This document shows positions 10,201 through 19,559 of a stretch of DNA of 64,000 nt, piece after piece (the first letter of the stretch is position 1; the number at the start of each line of letters is the position of its first letter). This DNA comes from Candidatus Woesebacteria bacterium (GTDB lineage Bacteria; Patescibacteriota; Microgenomatia; UBA8517). The notes beneath the pieces were generated by a model. The model had not been told where the DNA came from. It did not search any database and was given only the letters and a program-made list of their open reading frames with translations. The DNA is taken from NCBI GenBank assembly GCA_016432525.1, contig CP066693.1, forward strand, positions 288,815-352,814. The letters run 5' to 3'. Both the position numbers and the translations under genes were made by a program.

Positions 10201-13200
10201 CTCAAATGGGAGGTCAGCGTCTAGGGGAAATGGAAGTCTGGGCACTTGAAGCTCATCGTGCCTCAAATACCCTTCAAGAAATGCTTACTATTAAATCCGA
10301 TGATATTGTAGGTCGTGCCCAAGCTTTTGGAGCAATTGTAAAAGGCGAAGATATTCCTGACGCTAAAGTACCAGAAAGCTTTAAAGTTCTAGTTCGTGAA
10401 CTTAATGCTCTTGCTTTGGCAATTGATATCGATAATTCAAATATCGATCCCTTGGTTCAGCTTAAAGACTTAAAAGACTTTAGATCTCTAAGAATAAGAC
10501 TTGCAGGTCCTGATGAAATCAGAAATTGGTCCAAAGGAGAAATTACAAAGCCAGAAACTATAAATTATAGAACTCTAAAGCCAGAAAAAGATGGACTTTT
10601 TGATGAAAGAATTTTTGGTCCAACCAAAGATTGGGAATGTTACTGTGGAAAATACAAAAGAATTAGATATAAAGGCGTAATTTGTGACAAATGTGGAGTT
10701 GAAGTAACAGAATCTCGCGTCAGACGCGAAAGAATGGGCCATATTGCCCTCGCTGCTCCAGTTGTTCATGTTTGGTTCTTTAAAGGAGCCCCCTCTAAAG
10801 TCTCTCTGCTTTTAGATCTTCCTCCTCGAGCAATTGAACAAGTAGTTTACTTTGCCAGATATATTGTATCTGGAGTCGACGAAAAAGGCCGAACAAAAGC
10901 TATAAAAGAATTAATTAAACTCAAAGAAGAAAAGCTCAAAGAAGTTAAAGATGAATATATGGATCGAAAAGTTGCCATTAAAGAAGAAGGTAAAGTCAAA
11001 AAAGAAAAAGTGAAAAGTAAGCTTAGAGATAAAGAACAAATAGCTCTCGCTCTCTCAGAAGTAGAGCTCGATATCAGGAAAAAAGAAACAGCTCTCGGTG
11101 AAGAAGAAAAAGGAACTTTAGAAAAAACAGAAGATTTATTCGCAAAACTAGTAAGCCTTGTCAAAGGCATTAAGCCTTTTAGTTTTCTCACAGAGGAAGA
11201 ATACGATAAACTTTCGTTCTACTCAGTTGCTGACTTCATTGAGGTAAAAATGGGAGCAGAGGCTATTCTTGAAATTTTAGATAGTTTGGATCTTGATAAA
11301 ATTGCCATGGATCTCAAAAAAGAGATTGATGATCTTAAGGGTAAAGGTACTCGTTACGTAAAACTCACTAAACGAATCAAGTTAGTAGATGGGCTAAGAT
11401 TATCAAAAATTAAACCATCCTCAATGATTTTGAAGGTTTTACCCGTTCTTCCATCTGACCTTCGTCCAATGGTCCAACTTTCAGGTGGTCGTTTTGCAAC
11501 ATCCGATCTAAATGATTTATACAGACGCGTTATAAATAGAAATAATCGTCTGAAACATTTAATATCTTTAGGAGCTCCTGATATTATCTTGCGAAACGAA
11601 AAAAGAATGCTTCAGGAATCAGTTGACTCTTTGATCGACGCATCTCAAAGAAAAGCAGCTCGCCGTGCAAGAGGAAAACAAATGTTAAGATCCCTTTCAG
11701 ACATGCTTCGAGGAAAACAAGGGCGTTTTAGGCAAAATCTTTTAGGTAAAAGAGTTGATTATTCAGGCCGATCAGTAATAGTTGTTGGTCCAGAGCTATC
11801 TCTTACTCAATGTGGACTTCCAAAGGAAATGGCTCTTGAAATGTTTAAGCCATTTGTCCTTCGAGAAATGATAGTTCGAGGAATTGCTCCTAATGTCAAA
11901 TCAGCCAAAAATATGCTTGAACATAGGCCTGACGAAGTCTTTGACATTTTAGAAGAAATTACCAAAAACCATCCAGTTTTACTTAATCGTGCACCAACCC
12001 TTCACAAACTTGGAATTCAAGCATTCTTCCCAGTCTTAATTGAAGGAAATGCAATTCGTGTTCACCCAGCAGTCTGTTCAGGATTCAATGCCGATTTCGA
12101 TGGAGACCAAATGGCAGTTCATGTCCCTCTCTCACTAAAAGCCCGTGAAGAAGCCGTAAAATTAATGCTTTCAGATAAAAACTTATTAAAGACTTCAGAC
12201 GGTACTCCAGTTACCGCTCCAGCCTCAAAAGAAATGGCTCTTGGAGTTTATTACTTTACATCAGATGATCCTCGTTTGCCAGCTATAGAAACTATTTTTT
12301 CAGACACAGAAGAAGCCATAACAGCTTATCAAAATGGCAAAATCGAACTTAGACAAAAGATTTCAGTTCGTTCAAATCTCGAAATCTTAGAAACAACAGT
12401 AGGCAGGATAATCTTCAACCAAATTTTAGGAGACGATTTCAAGTTCATAAACCAGCCAATAAGTTCAGGAATAATTAAAGATTTAATAACAGAAAGCTTT
12501 TCCAAGAAAGATAGAGCTAAAACAGTTGAACTTATTGACGCAATAAAAACATTAGGTTTTGATGGTGGAACTCTTTCAGGTCTTTCTTTTGGAATAACAG
12601 ATGCAACAATTCTTAAAAACAAGAAAGAAATTATAACCGGTGCCGATAAGAGAGTTGAGGAAATTGAATCAAACTTCACTCAAGGACTTATAACAACTGA
12701 AGAAAAGAAAAGATTAACTCAAGAGGTCTGGATTGAGACAACCGAAGAAATTGCTGACAAAACTTGGGAAATAATTGAACCAACAAGCCCAATAAGAGTT
12801 GTCATTGACGCAAAAGTAGGTCGTACATCAAGAGATCAAATAAAACAGCTTGCTGGAATGAGAGGTTTAGTAGTCGATCCATTAGGAAAAATTGTCGAAC
12901 TTCCAATTAAAAGTAACTTTAAAGAAGGCCTTTCAGTTTTTGAATACGTCACATCAGGTAGAGGTTCAAGAAAAGGGCTTACAGACACAGCTCTCAAAAC
13001 TGCTGATGCCGGCTACCTTACAAGGCGTCTTGTTGACGTAACTCACGATGTTCTTATAAGAGAAGATGATTGTGAAACTGTGGAATTCTTAAACGTTAAA
13101 AAGTCTATTAGGTCCACTACATTTGTGAAACGCATTATCGGCCGTTTTGCAGCTAACGATGTTAAAGACCCAGATGGCAATTTAATAGTTGCCCGAAACG

Positions 13201-14246
13201 AATTTATAACCGAATCCATTGCAAAAACAATTGATGAAAAGGGAATTGTAGAAGTTGGAGTCAGATCTCCTTTAACTTGTCAAACCCGTTACGGTGTTTG
13301 TAAAAAATGTTATGGTTGGGATCTTTCAAACAAAGAAATTGTCGAAACCGGAGTTCCAGTTGGTGTAGTTGCAGCTCAATCAATTGGAGAGCCAGGAACA
13401 CAGCTTACACTTAGAACCAAACATTCAGGAGGAGTTGTTGGAGTTGATGTTACCCAAGGTCTTCCTCGTGTTGAAGAGCTTTTTGAAGCACGTCTTCCAA
13501 AAACACTATCCCCACTTTCAGAAATTTCAGGAAAAGTTTCAATTTCAGAAAATGAAGATGGTTGGGTAGTTAAAGTAACAACAACTTCAAAACCAAAAGA
13601 AGAAAGAGAATATATTATTCCAAAAACCAGCAAACTCGGAATTGAGGATGCTCAACTAATTGCAGCTGGAACCCAGCTTGCATCAGGATTTTTAGATATT
13701 AAAGAAATCCTAGCTATTAAAGGTCTAAAAGAAGCTCAAGAATATCTTGTAAACGAACTTCAAGCAGTTTATGAATCTCAGGGTATTCCAATAAACGATC
13801 GACATTTCGAGGTGATCGTTAGAAAGATGAGCGATGAGGTCAAAGTTGCAACCTCAGGAAATACATCACTCTTACCAGGCGAACTCGTAGAAAAAGCTAA
13901 ATTCGAAGAAGAAAATGAAAAAGTTTTAGCAGAAGGCGGCGAACCAGCAACAGCACGTCAAGTAATTTTGGGAGTCACCAGAAGATCTCTCTATACAGAA
14001 TCATGGCTTTCAGCAGCCTCTTTTGAACAAACAACTGATATTTTAGCACAAGCAGCTCTAGAAGGTAAAAAGGATAGGCTCTTAGGTCTTAAAGAGAATG
14101 TTATAATTGGTCGCTTAATTCCAGTCGATCCAGAAAGAGCATCACTTTCCCGTTCAGAAGTGAAAGAAAACTCAGAAATAGAAAAAATGCCAGAAAGTGA
14201 TTTACAAAAAACAGAAGAGCCAGAAATGCAAATTACCCAATTATAA
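7251..14246 (+). CDS. rpoBC: DNA-directed RNA polymerase beta and beta-prime subunits fused in one ORF (2331 aa)
   Basis: the N-terminal ~1060 aa carry RpoB motifs (e.g. GPGGI, NMQRQAVPL-like NMQCQAVPL); with no intervening stop, RpoC motifs follow ([13 protein letters not shown], zinc-finger CYCGKYKRI...[20 protein letters not shown]); the junction lies near nt 10420-10470. Confidence 0.9.
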   Translation: MAQKRINFGKTEKNLPKLDLTLLQRDSWQWFLKEGIQKELEEINPISDFTGKNWELEFSNYALEEPSLTPKIAREKGVTFASAFKIIARLTNKKTNRSTEQEVFLGNIPQMTDSGTFIINGIERAVINQLIRSPGVYFSSELDQGSGRMLHYAEVRPLRGSWLEFEVAKNDVIAARIDRKRKVMATTVLRAMGLESDDEIIKTFENIDTDKNHKYIAKTLEKDSTKTREEAILEIYRKLRPGEPAVLDNAQSLFESLFFEGRRYDLGRVGRYKINKRLGVNVPNEKSKWILTRDDVIGTISYIIGLQNGIGRVDDIDHLSNRRLRRVGELVATHAFRVGLLRLERSIKEKMSLISPDDSPNPAQLINARPLIAAINEFFRSNQLSTILDNTNPLSEIDNLRRVSVLGPGGINRERASFSIRDVNSSQYGRIDPVRSPEGPNIGLVTYLALYAKINEYGFIETPYKKVEKIQKNGKEIARITDEIVYLDASDEENLRITHSSVNFDENGLITDDRVPFRYKGSFLEGPSSLIDLIDITPRQVFGASASLIPFLAHDEGNRALMGSNMQCQAVPLIKPESPVVGTGMEKEVAQAMGQVIRSKHAGTVTYVDSQKIDIKLDDKKEVVTYNLTKFWRTAQSTCYNQKAKVSVGDQIKVGDLLADGASSQDGELALGQNLFIAYTSFGGYGFEDAVLVSDRLVKEDLLTSIHIKEYQADIVETKLGPEELTRDIPNVSEGELANLASDGIVVVGAEVSPNDILVGKIAPKGETELTSEERLLRAIFGEKAREVRDTSLRVPHGEGGTVVEVTILDKDKGDELGPGVIKSVIVKVAQIRKVTVGDKLAGRHGNKGVIAKIMPAGDMPHTQEGRPVDIIISPLSVLARMNLGQLLETHLGWAMEKLGKKAALPVFDKLDEEIVASELQKAGLPVSGKTKLVDGRTGEALKEDTVVGIGYIMKLKHMIEDKTHARSTGPYSLVTQQPLGGKAQMGGQRLGEMEVWALEAHRASNTLQEMLTIKSDDIVGRAQAFGAIVKGEDIPDAKVPESFKVLVRELNALALAIDIDNSNIDPLVQLKDLKDFRSLRIRLAGPDEIRNWSKGEITKPETINYRTLKPEKDGLFDERIFGPTKDWECYCGKYKRIRYKGVICDKCGVEVTESRVRRERMGHIALAAPVVHVWFFKGAPSKVSLLLDLPPRAIEQVVYFARYIVSGVDEKGRTKAIKELIKLKEEKLKEVKDEYMDRKVAIKEEGKVKKEKVKSKLRDKEQIALALSEVELDIRKKETALGEEEKGTLEKTEDLFAKLVSLVKGIKPFSFLTEEEYDKLSFYSVADFIEVKMGAEAILEILDSLDLDKIAMDLKKEIDDLKGKGTRYVKLTKRIKLVDGLRLSKIKPSSMILKVLPVLPSDLRPMVQLSGGRFATSDLNDLYRRVINRNNRLKHLISLGAPDIILRNEKRMLQESVDSLIDASQRKAARRARGKQMLRSLSDMLRGKQGRFRQNLLGKRVDYSGRSVIVVGPELSLTQCGLPKEMALEMFKPFVLREMIVRGIAPNVKSAKNMLEHRPDEVFDILEEITKNHPVLLNRAPTLHKLGIQAFFPVLIEGNAIRVHPAVCSGFNADFDGDQMAVHVPLSLKAREEAVKLMLSDKNLLKTSDGTPVTAPASKEMALGVYYFTSDDPRLPAIETIFSDTEEAITAYQNGKIELRQKISVRSNLEILETTVGRIIFNQILGDDFKFINQPISSGIIKDLITESFSKKDRAKTVELIDAIKTLGFDGGTLSGLSFGITDATILKNKKEIITGADKRVEEIESNFTQGLITTEEKKRLTQEVWIETTEEIADKTWEIIEPTSPIRVVIDAKVGRTSRDQIKQLAGMRGLVVDPLGKIVELPIKSNFKEGLSVFEYVTSGRGSRKGLTDTALKTADAGYLTRRLVDVTHDVLIREDDCETVEFLNVKKSIRSTTFVKRIIGRFAANDVKDPDGNLIVARNEFITESIAKTIDEKGIVEVGVRSPLTCQTRYGVCKKCYGWDLSNKEIVETGVPVGVVAAQSIGEPGTQLTLRTKHSGGVVGVDVTQGLPRVEELFEARLPKTLSPLSEISGKVSISENEDGWVVKVTTTSKPKEEREYIIPKTSKLGIEDAQLIAAGTQLASGFLDIKEILAIKGLKEAQEYLVNELQAVYESQGIPINDRHFEVIVRKMSDEVKVATSGNTSLLPGELVEKAKFEEENEKVLAEGGEPATARQVILGVTRRSLYTESWLSAASFEQTTDILAQAALEGKKDRLLGLKENVIIGRLIPVDPERASLSRSEVKENSEIEKMPESDLQKTEEPEMQITQL

Positions 14247-14250
14247 ATAT

Positions 14251-14694
14251 ATGCCAACAGTTCAACAGTTGATTAGAAAACCAAGAAAAAGTTTTAAGAA
14301 AAAAAAAGGAGTTTTAGGCCTCAAAAGATGGTTTAACAGTAAAGACCGAAAATTTGGGGAATACCCATCTCCTTTTAAAAGAGGTGTTGTTCTTTCAGTT
14401 AGAACAATGACTCCCAAAAAACCAAATTCAGCTCTTCGTAAAGTTGCTCGTGTCAGACTTTCTAATAAACACGAAGTTACAGCCTATATAGGAGGCGAAG
14501 GTCATGAACTTGCAGAACATGCAATTGTTTTGGTTCGAGGTGGTCGCGTTAAAGATCTTCCAGGTGTAAAATATCATGTCGTTCGTGGAAAGTTTGATAC
14601 AACAGGAGTTGCAGGCAGACAAACATCCCGTTCAAAATATGGAGCCAAAAGAGGCAATGCGCCAAAGGCTGGAGCTCAAACTGCAACAGCATAA
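14251..14694 (+). CDS. rpsL: 30S ribosomal protein S12
   Basis: [10 protein letters not shown]..., [16 protein letters not shown] and [15 protein letters not shown] motifs; carries a ~20-aa internal insertion and a short C-terminal extension relative to typical S12. Confidence 0.9.
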   Translation: MPTVQQLIRKPRKSFKKKKGVLGLKRWFNSKDRKFGEYPSPFKRGVVLSVRTMTPKKPNSALRKVARVRLSNKHEVTAYIGGEGHELAEHAIVLVRGGRVKDLPGVKYHVVRGKFDTTGVAGRQTSRSKYGAKRGNAPKAGAQTATA

Positions 14695-14697
14695 AAT

Positions 14698-15174
14698 ATG
14701 AGAAGATTTAAACCCAAACAAAAAAAAGTTAGTCCAGATCCAGTTTATAAAAATATTATGGTAACCAAGCTTGTTGGTCGTGCCATGAAAGATGGTAAAA
14801 AAACTGTTGCCCAAAGCCAAATTTATAAAGCTTTTGATATTGTCCGACAAAAAACAAAAGAAGATCCGATGATGGTTTTTGAAAAGGCACTTGAGAACAT
14901 CCGTCCAACAATGGAAGTTCGCCCCCGCCGAATCGGTGGAGCAGCATATCAAGTTCCAATGTCCGTCCGTGGACCTCGCCGGGATTCTCTGGCAATCCGC
15001 TGGCTTGTTCAAAATTCCCGCCTTCTTTCAAATTCAGAGTTTCACACTTACGCTGAAAAATTAGCCTCAGAAATCGTAAATGCAGCAAAAGGTGAAGGTG
15101 CAACAGTAAAGAAAAAAGCTGATGTAGAAAAAATGGCTGAAGCCAATCGTGCTTTCGCTCACTTCCGCTGGTAA
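14698..15174 (+). CDS. rpsG: 30S ribosomal protein S7
   Basis: S7 family sequence (VRPRRIGGAAYQVP, FAHFRW C-terminus), immediately downstream of rpsL. Confidence 0.92.
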   Translation: MRRFKPKQKKVSPDPVYKNIMVTKLVGRAMKDGKKTVAQSQIYKAFDIVRQKTKEDPMMVFEKALENIRPTMEVRPRRIGGAAYQVPMSVRGPRRDSLAIRWLVQNSRLLSNSEFHTYAEKLASEIVNAAKGEGATVKKKADVEKMAEANRAFAHFRW

Positions 15175-15198
15175 TTTGCTCTTTGTTAATTAATCCAT

Positions 15199-15247
15199 AA
15201 CCCGTTTAATGATTTTTTTCAAATCTTCTTAAGCGGGTTTTATTTTT
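15199..15247 (+). terminator. putative terminator after rpsG
   Basis: imperfect ~10-bp stem aacccgtttaa/ttaagcgggtt with a long loop, followed by TTTATTTTT. Confidence 0.4.
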
Positions 15248-15315
15248 GCCCACAAACATGCTACAATCACCCCATAACATTTATTAGCACCTATAACAGG
15301 TAAGGGAGAATAAAA

Positions 15316-15804
15316 ATGTTAAATACAACATTGCTTTGGGTGGTCGTTTTTGTCATACTTTCTGTTCTTTCGCTTTTGTGGGCAACCTCAAAGTTATCAG
15401 GAAAAAAAGTTTATAGTAACAAGGATGAGGATTATCCACACAATCTAGAGTTTAACTCTTCCTTTGCAGTTCTATTCTCAATTGGAGTCACAATCTTTAC
15501 ATCAGTAATATTGGGGTACTTCATTGCAAGGTTTATTCAGCCTGGTGACAATGGAACTCCAAATATTGGGGTAACAGTCTTGTTCGTAGCAATCTGGCTA
15601 ATCGCCTTAGTGATCGATATCTTTTTCTTTATGGAAGCAAAGGTAGTTCACGTTTGGTGGCCTAAGGATACTGATGACAAAATCTACCCTGTAGGAATCG
15701 CCATGTCGATTGCTTTTTCAACGCTATTTACAATATCTCTTTTAACAATTACATCATCTGTAGTTGCATTTCTAATTGCCCAAAATGCAGCAACAGCTTT
15801 TTAA
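15316..15804 (+). CDS. hypothetical polytopic membrane protein
   Basis: 162 aa with 4-5 predicted TM helices and a good SD (aggtaagggagaataaaaATG); lies between rpsG and fusA. Confidence 0.5.
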   Translation: MLNTTLLWVVVFVILSVLSLLWATSKLSGKKVYSNKDEDYPHNLEFNSSFAVLFSIGVTIFTSVILGYFIARFIQPGDNGTPNIGVTVLFVAIWLIALVIDIFFFMEAKVVHVWWPKDTDDKIYPVGIAMSIAFSTLFTISLLTITSSVVAFLIAQNAATAF

Positions 15805-15812
15805 ATAAAAAC

Positions 15813-15847
15813 TGGGCAGATGCTAAATCATTTTAGACATCTGCCCA
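15813..15847. terminator. hairpin, probably a terminator for the minus-strand gene 15895-16089 (bidirectional)
   Basis: perfect 10-bp stem tgggcagatg/catctgccca; the T-rich tract lies on the minus-strand side (GTTTTTATTT). Confidence 0.45.
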
Positions 15848-15894
15848 AACTTATTATTTCTCCTTCAGTTTCTTAATCTCAACAGTCCATTGAC

Positions 15895-16089
15895 TTACTT
15901 GTTCATTCCATTTATCTCCCCAAATTTAAAAAATGCAATTGAACATATTGTAACGAGAACGACAACAACCCCATCTGCAATTAAATCTCTAAGGCCGTAA
16001 TGTACAGCAACAAGGACCATCATCAATTCAAAAATCTGAGTTACTATAACCCAAAAGATCAATAATCGTTTAAACGGATTGCGATTCAT
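15895..16089 (-). CDS. hypothetical small membrane protein
   Basis: 64 aa, two hydrophobic helices, with the hairpin terminator downstream on its own strand. Confidence 0.35.
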   Translation of the reverse strand: MNRNPFKRLLIFWVIVTQIFELMMVLVAVHYGLRDLIADGVVVVLVTICSIAFFKFGEINGMNK

Positions 16090-16229
16090 GAAATCCTCCC
16101 TTTTGTTTGGTAACGACTTTGCCTGGATTATAACACAATAATATTGCTATAAACTCAATTAATTGCTAAAATACATTCTCTGCACATTCGTGCATTTTAT
16201 TTTTGCCCAAAAGTTAGTAAATTATTAAT

Positions 16230-18380
16230 ATGGCAGGTCAAGTCACTAAGAAAAAATCAGCAATCGTCTCGACAATCACAAAAGATCGAGAGCTTCCATA
16301 TGAGCAAATTAGAAATATTGGAATTATTGCCCACATCGATGCCGGTAAAACAACAACAACAGAACGTATTCTTTTTGAAACCGGAAAAACTTACAAATTA
16401 GGTTCAGTTGACGAAGGAACAACAGCAACTGATTGGATGGAGCAAGAGCGCGAGCGTGGAATTACAATTGTTTCAGCTGCAATCACCACCTTCTGGGATA
16501 TAAAGTCAGATGACTCTTCAGTAAAAAAGGCCCATTATAGAATTAATTTAATTGATACTCCAGGCCATATTGATTTTACTGCTGAAGTTGAGCGTTCTTT
16601 AAGAGTTTTGGATGGAGCAATCATGGTTTTTGATGGACGAACAGGAGTTGAATCCCAATCAGAAACAGTCTGGCGCCAGGCCAATAAATATAATGTTCCA
16701 AGAATCTGTATTTTAAATAAGTTAAATTTAATTGGAGCAGACTTTGAAGGCTCCATAAAATCAATTAATGATCGTTTAGGTGCCAACACTTCTCCCATTC
16801 AAATTCCAGTAGGTAACGAGCACGCTCTTCGTGGAATGGTTGATTTAATTAAAATGAAAGCCTATACCTACAAGGCAATCGAAGACCACACACTAACAGA
16901 AGAAGAAATCCCTGAAGATTTAGTTGAAACGGCCAAAAAGTACAGAAGTCAGCTTATTGAAAAAGTTGCAGAATTTGATGACGTTGCCTTAACAAAATAT
17001 CTAGAAGGAACTGAGTTAACAGAGAAAGAAATTAAAACTGCTATAAGAAAAGGCGTAGTTTCGGGCAAATTCTTCCCAATTTTAGGAGGAGACAATAGAA
17101 CTGCAACAACTCAACTTTTGCTTGATGCTGTAGTTGAATATCTTCCCTCCCCTGCTGACCTTCCTCCAATTGAAGGGATAAATCCTAAAACCAACGAAAA
17201 AGAAACTCGTGAGAGAAAAAATGAAGTTCCTTTTTCAGCTTTAGCTTTTAAAATAGTTACAGATCCTCATGTCGGTCGCTTGGTTTATTTAAGAATTTAC
17301 TCAGGAACTCTATCTGGAGGCGAACAAATTTACAATGTTTCAGAACAAAAATACGAACGTATTGGGAAATTAGTTCTTCTTCATGCAGATCAAAGAGAGC
17401 TTATTGAAAAAGCCTATGCAGGAGAAATTGTTGCAGCAGTTGGTATAAAAGAAACTTCAACAGGCGATTCTCTTTCAGATCCTGCTCACCCAATTTTACT
17501 TGAATCCATTAGTTTCCCTGAGCCAGTTATCTCTCTTTCAATTGAACCAGCAACTAAATCAGATCAGGAAAAAATGGGTTTGGCACTAAATAAACTTTCA
17601 GATGAAGATCCAACTTTTAGAATTAAAACAAACCAAGAAACAGGCCAGACAATAATTTCAGGAATGGGAGAATTACAACTCGAAGTTTTAGTTGACCGTA
17701 TGAAAAGAGAATTCGGAGTTGTTGCAACAACAGGTGCTCCTCAAGTTGCCTACAAAGAAACAATCAAAAAAGTAGCAACTGCTGAAGGAAAATACATCCG
17801 TCAAACTGGAGGCCGTGGACAATATGGTCACTGTTTATTGCGCGTTGAGCCGAAAGGAAGAGGCGAAGGATTTGAATTTGTATCAGAAATAAGAGGTGGT
17901 GCAATTCCTTCAAACTTTATTCCAGCAATTGAAAAAGGAGTAAAAGAAAAACTTGAAGGTGGAATTATGGCAGGATTTCCAATGGTAGATTTAAAAGTTG
18001 CAGTTTACGATGGATCATTCCATGAAGTTGACTCCTCAGAAATTGCCTTCAAAATTGCAGGATCCTTAGCTGTTGAAGAAGCAGTAAGAAGGGCCGATAT
18101 GGTTCTTCTTGAGCCAATTGTAAAAATGGAAGTTTCAACTCCAAAAGAATTTATGGGAGATGTTATAGGTGATTTATCCAGTAGAAGAGCCCAAATTCTA
18201 GGTTCAGAAGAGCGCGGTGGCATGACAATCATTAACGCCAATGGCCCCTTATCAGAGCTTTCAGGCTACACCACTCGTTTAAGATCCCTCACTCAAGGCC
18301 GCGCTAGTCCTTATATTGAGCCATCTCACTATGAGGAAGTCCCACCCAACATCGCAGCCAATATAGCTTCAAAGAAGTAA
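16230..18380 (+). CDS. fusA: elongation factor G
   Basis: GTPase motifs AHIDAGKTT, DTPGH, NKLN and EF-G domains II-V. Confidence 0.95.
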   Translation: MAGQVTKKKSAIVSTITKDRELPYEQIRNIGIIAHIDAGKTTTTERILFETGKTYKLGSVDEGTTATDWMEQERERGITIVSAAITTFWDIKSDDSSVKKAHYRINLIDTPGHIDFTAEVERSLRVLDGAIMVFDGRTGVESQSETVWRQANKYNVPRICILNKLNLIGADFEGSIKSINDRLGANTSPIQIPVGNEHALRGMVDLIKMKAYTYKAIEDHTLTEEEIPEDLVETAKKYRSQLIEKVAEFDDVALTKYLEGTELTEKEIKTAIRKGVVSGKFFPILGGDNRTATTQLLLDAVVEYLPSPADLPPIEGINPKTNEKETRERKNEVPFSALAFKIVTDPHVGRLVYLRIYSGTLSGGEQIYNVSEQKYERIGKLVLLHADQRELIEKAYAGEIVAAVGIKETSTGDSLSDPAHPILLESISFPEPVISLSIEPATKSDQEKMGLALNKLSDEDPTFRIKTNQETGQTIISGMGELQLEVLVDRMKREFGVVATTGAPQVAYKETIKKVATAEGKYIRQTGGRGQYGHCLLRVEPKGRGEGFEFVSEIRGGAIPSNFIPAIEKGVKEKLEGGIMAGFPMVDLKVAVYDGSFHEVDSSEIAFKIAGSLAVEEAVRRADMVLLEPIVKMEVSTPKEFMGDVIGDLSSRRAQILGSEERGGMTIINANGPLSELSGYTTRLRSLTQGRASPYIEPSHYEEVPPNIAANIASKK

Positions 18381-18394
18381 AATTAAAATATATT

Positions 18395-18583
18395 TTATAA
18401 AAACTTTAATATTATTAATGTTACTATCGCACTAACAACAATTGCCTCAATGAATCTTTCATTAATAAATTTTTTTAGTTTCCAAATTTCATAACTATCC
18501 TTTGTCCCACTTTTTTCATATTTTTCACCCTCTTGCCATGCCAGTTCGCCTTCGGCTGTTTCCAAGTCTTCATCTTTCATCAA
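18395..18583 (-). CDS. hypothetical small tail-anchored protein
   Basis: 62 aa with an acidic N-terminus and a single C-terminal TM segment; weak call. Confidence 0.25.
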   Translation of the reverse strand: MMKDEDLETAEGELAWQEGEKYEKSGTKDSYEIWKLKKFINERFIEAIVVSAIVTLIILKFL

Positions 18584-18682
18584 AATAATTATATCATAGC
18601 CTCCAATTCCATCTCACGATGGTTACAAAAAACCTCAAAAAATTAAAACAAACATTATATACAACAATGATATACTCTAATT

Positions 18683-18865
18683 ATGAACAGTTTATTCAAA
18701 AACCCAAAACCACATTATGAAGGTAAAAACAAAATTATTAAAAGATCTGAAAATATTGATACTAAAAAAATTATACCCGAATTAGTAAGAATAATAAAGA
18801 AAAGTAAAAAAATCGAAGAAGAATTCAAATTTAGAATGAAAGATAGTCATGAAGCTCTTCTTTGA
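18683..18865 (+). CDS. hypothetical small basic protein (possible antitoxin-like partner)
   Basis: 60 aa, Lys-rich; its stop overlaps the downstream ORF start by 17 nt. Confidence 0.3.
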   Translation: MNSLFKNPKPHYEGKNKIIKRSENIDTKKIIPELVRIIKKSKKIEEEFKFRMKDSHEALL

Positions 18866-19424
18866 CAACAAGGCCTCGAAAATAGCCCAACAAGAAAAGC
18901 TCATTTTTGTTGATAATGATTTCTTAGGGCTAATTTTTCATGACGAAGAGGTGATGAAAGAATCCATCACAGTCTTTTCTGGAAAGATGGTTCACCTTCA
19001 CCCATTTACTGAGTTTGAATTTTTAAGAGATGTATTTTCTCCAAAAATTAGAATTTTTAAAGAACAGTTTTTAGCTCAACCAATTTTTGGTCATATTGAT
19101 CCTGATACCCATATGCAAATCTTTCAACATTTATTAGATAATGCTCTTTTGCTTTCTAAAATATTTGCTCATCAAGCAGGATCTGGCAATAAAAATACAA
19201 GTAGTTTTGTCGATTTGCTATTAGCAGGCTTGTTAATGTTCCTTAAAGACAAGGCAGTACTTATAACATCAAATAAAAAAGATTTTTCCTCGTGTGTATT
19301 TGATATTGTGGGTATTATAAATATTGAACAAAACGATGGTAGTATTAGAACGATATGTATTCTTGAATTCAATCAAGGCAAATTTAACAATTGTTTAGAA
19401 AAACTGAATAAAGTTCAGAACTAG
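18849..19424 (+). CDS. hypothetical protein, PIN-domain-like
   Basis: N-terminal LIFVDNDFLGLIF resembles PIN beta1 (hhhDTNhh); later acidic residues and a C-terminal VLITSNKKDF resemble the PIN T-x-D-x-x-F motif; spacing is longer than in canonical VapC. Confidence 0.4.
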   Translation: MKLFFDNKASKIAQQEKLIFVDNDFLGLIFHDEEVMKESITVFSGKMVHLHPFTEFEFLRDVFSPKIRIFKEQFLAQPIFGHIDPDTHMQIFQHLLDNALLLSKIFAHQAGSGNKNTSSFVDLLLAGLLMFLKDKAVLITSNKKDFSSCVFDIVGIINIEQNDGSIRTICILEFNQGKFNNCLEKLNKVQN

Positions 19425-19435
19425 TCTGTTTCCTC

Positions 19436-19465
19436 TTGACAAGCCTAACTAGCCTCAAGTATAAT
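19436..19465 (+). promoter_or_regulatory. sigma70-like promoter upstream of tuf
   Basis: TTGACA (19436-19441), 18-nt spacer, TATAAT (19460-19465). Confidence 0.6.
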
Positions 19466-19559
19466 CGCACTTGTCTCAAATTTTTTTGACTCTAGACAAT
19501 ATTTTGCTTAGTCGAATAAAATTTGATATAATCAAAACCTATGCCGAGAGGCAAATAAT

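Noticed and set aside
9383-13633. Multiple 60-116-aa ORFs on the minus strand inside rpoBC (9383-9733, 10575-10769, 10847-11191, 12329-12679, 13376-13633) and a plus-frame ORF at 13369-13569
   Set aside because: They lie entirely within, and antisense or out of frame to, a strongly supported RNA polymerase ORF; their low-complexity Ser/Phe/Leu-rich translations are typical of antisense read-through of AT-rich coding DNA.
14428-15103. Minus-strand ORFs antisense to rpsL/rpsG (14428-14622, 14632-15012, 14756-15103) and plus ORF 14879-15064
   Set aside because: They overlap well-supported ribosomal protein genes and have no independent signals.
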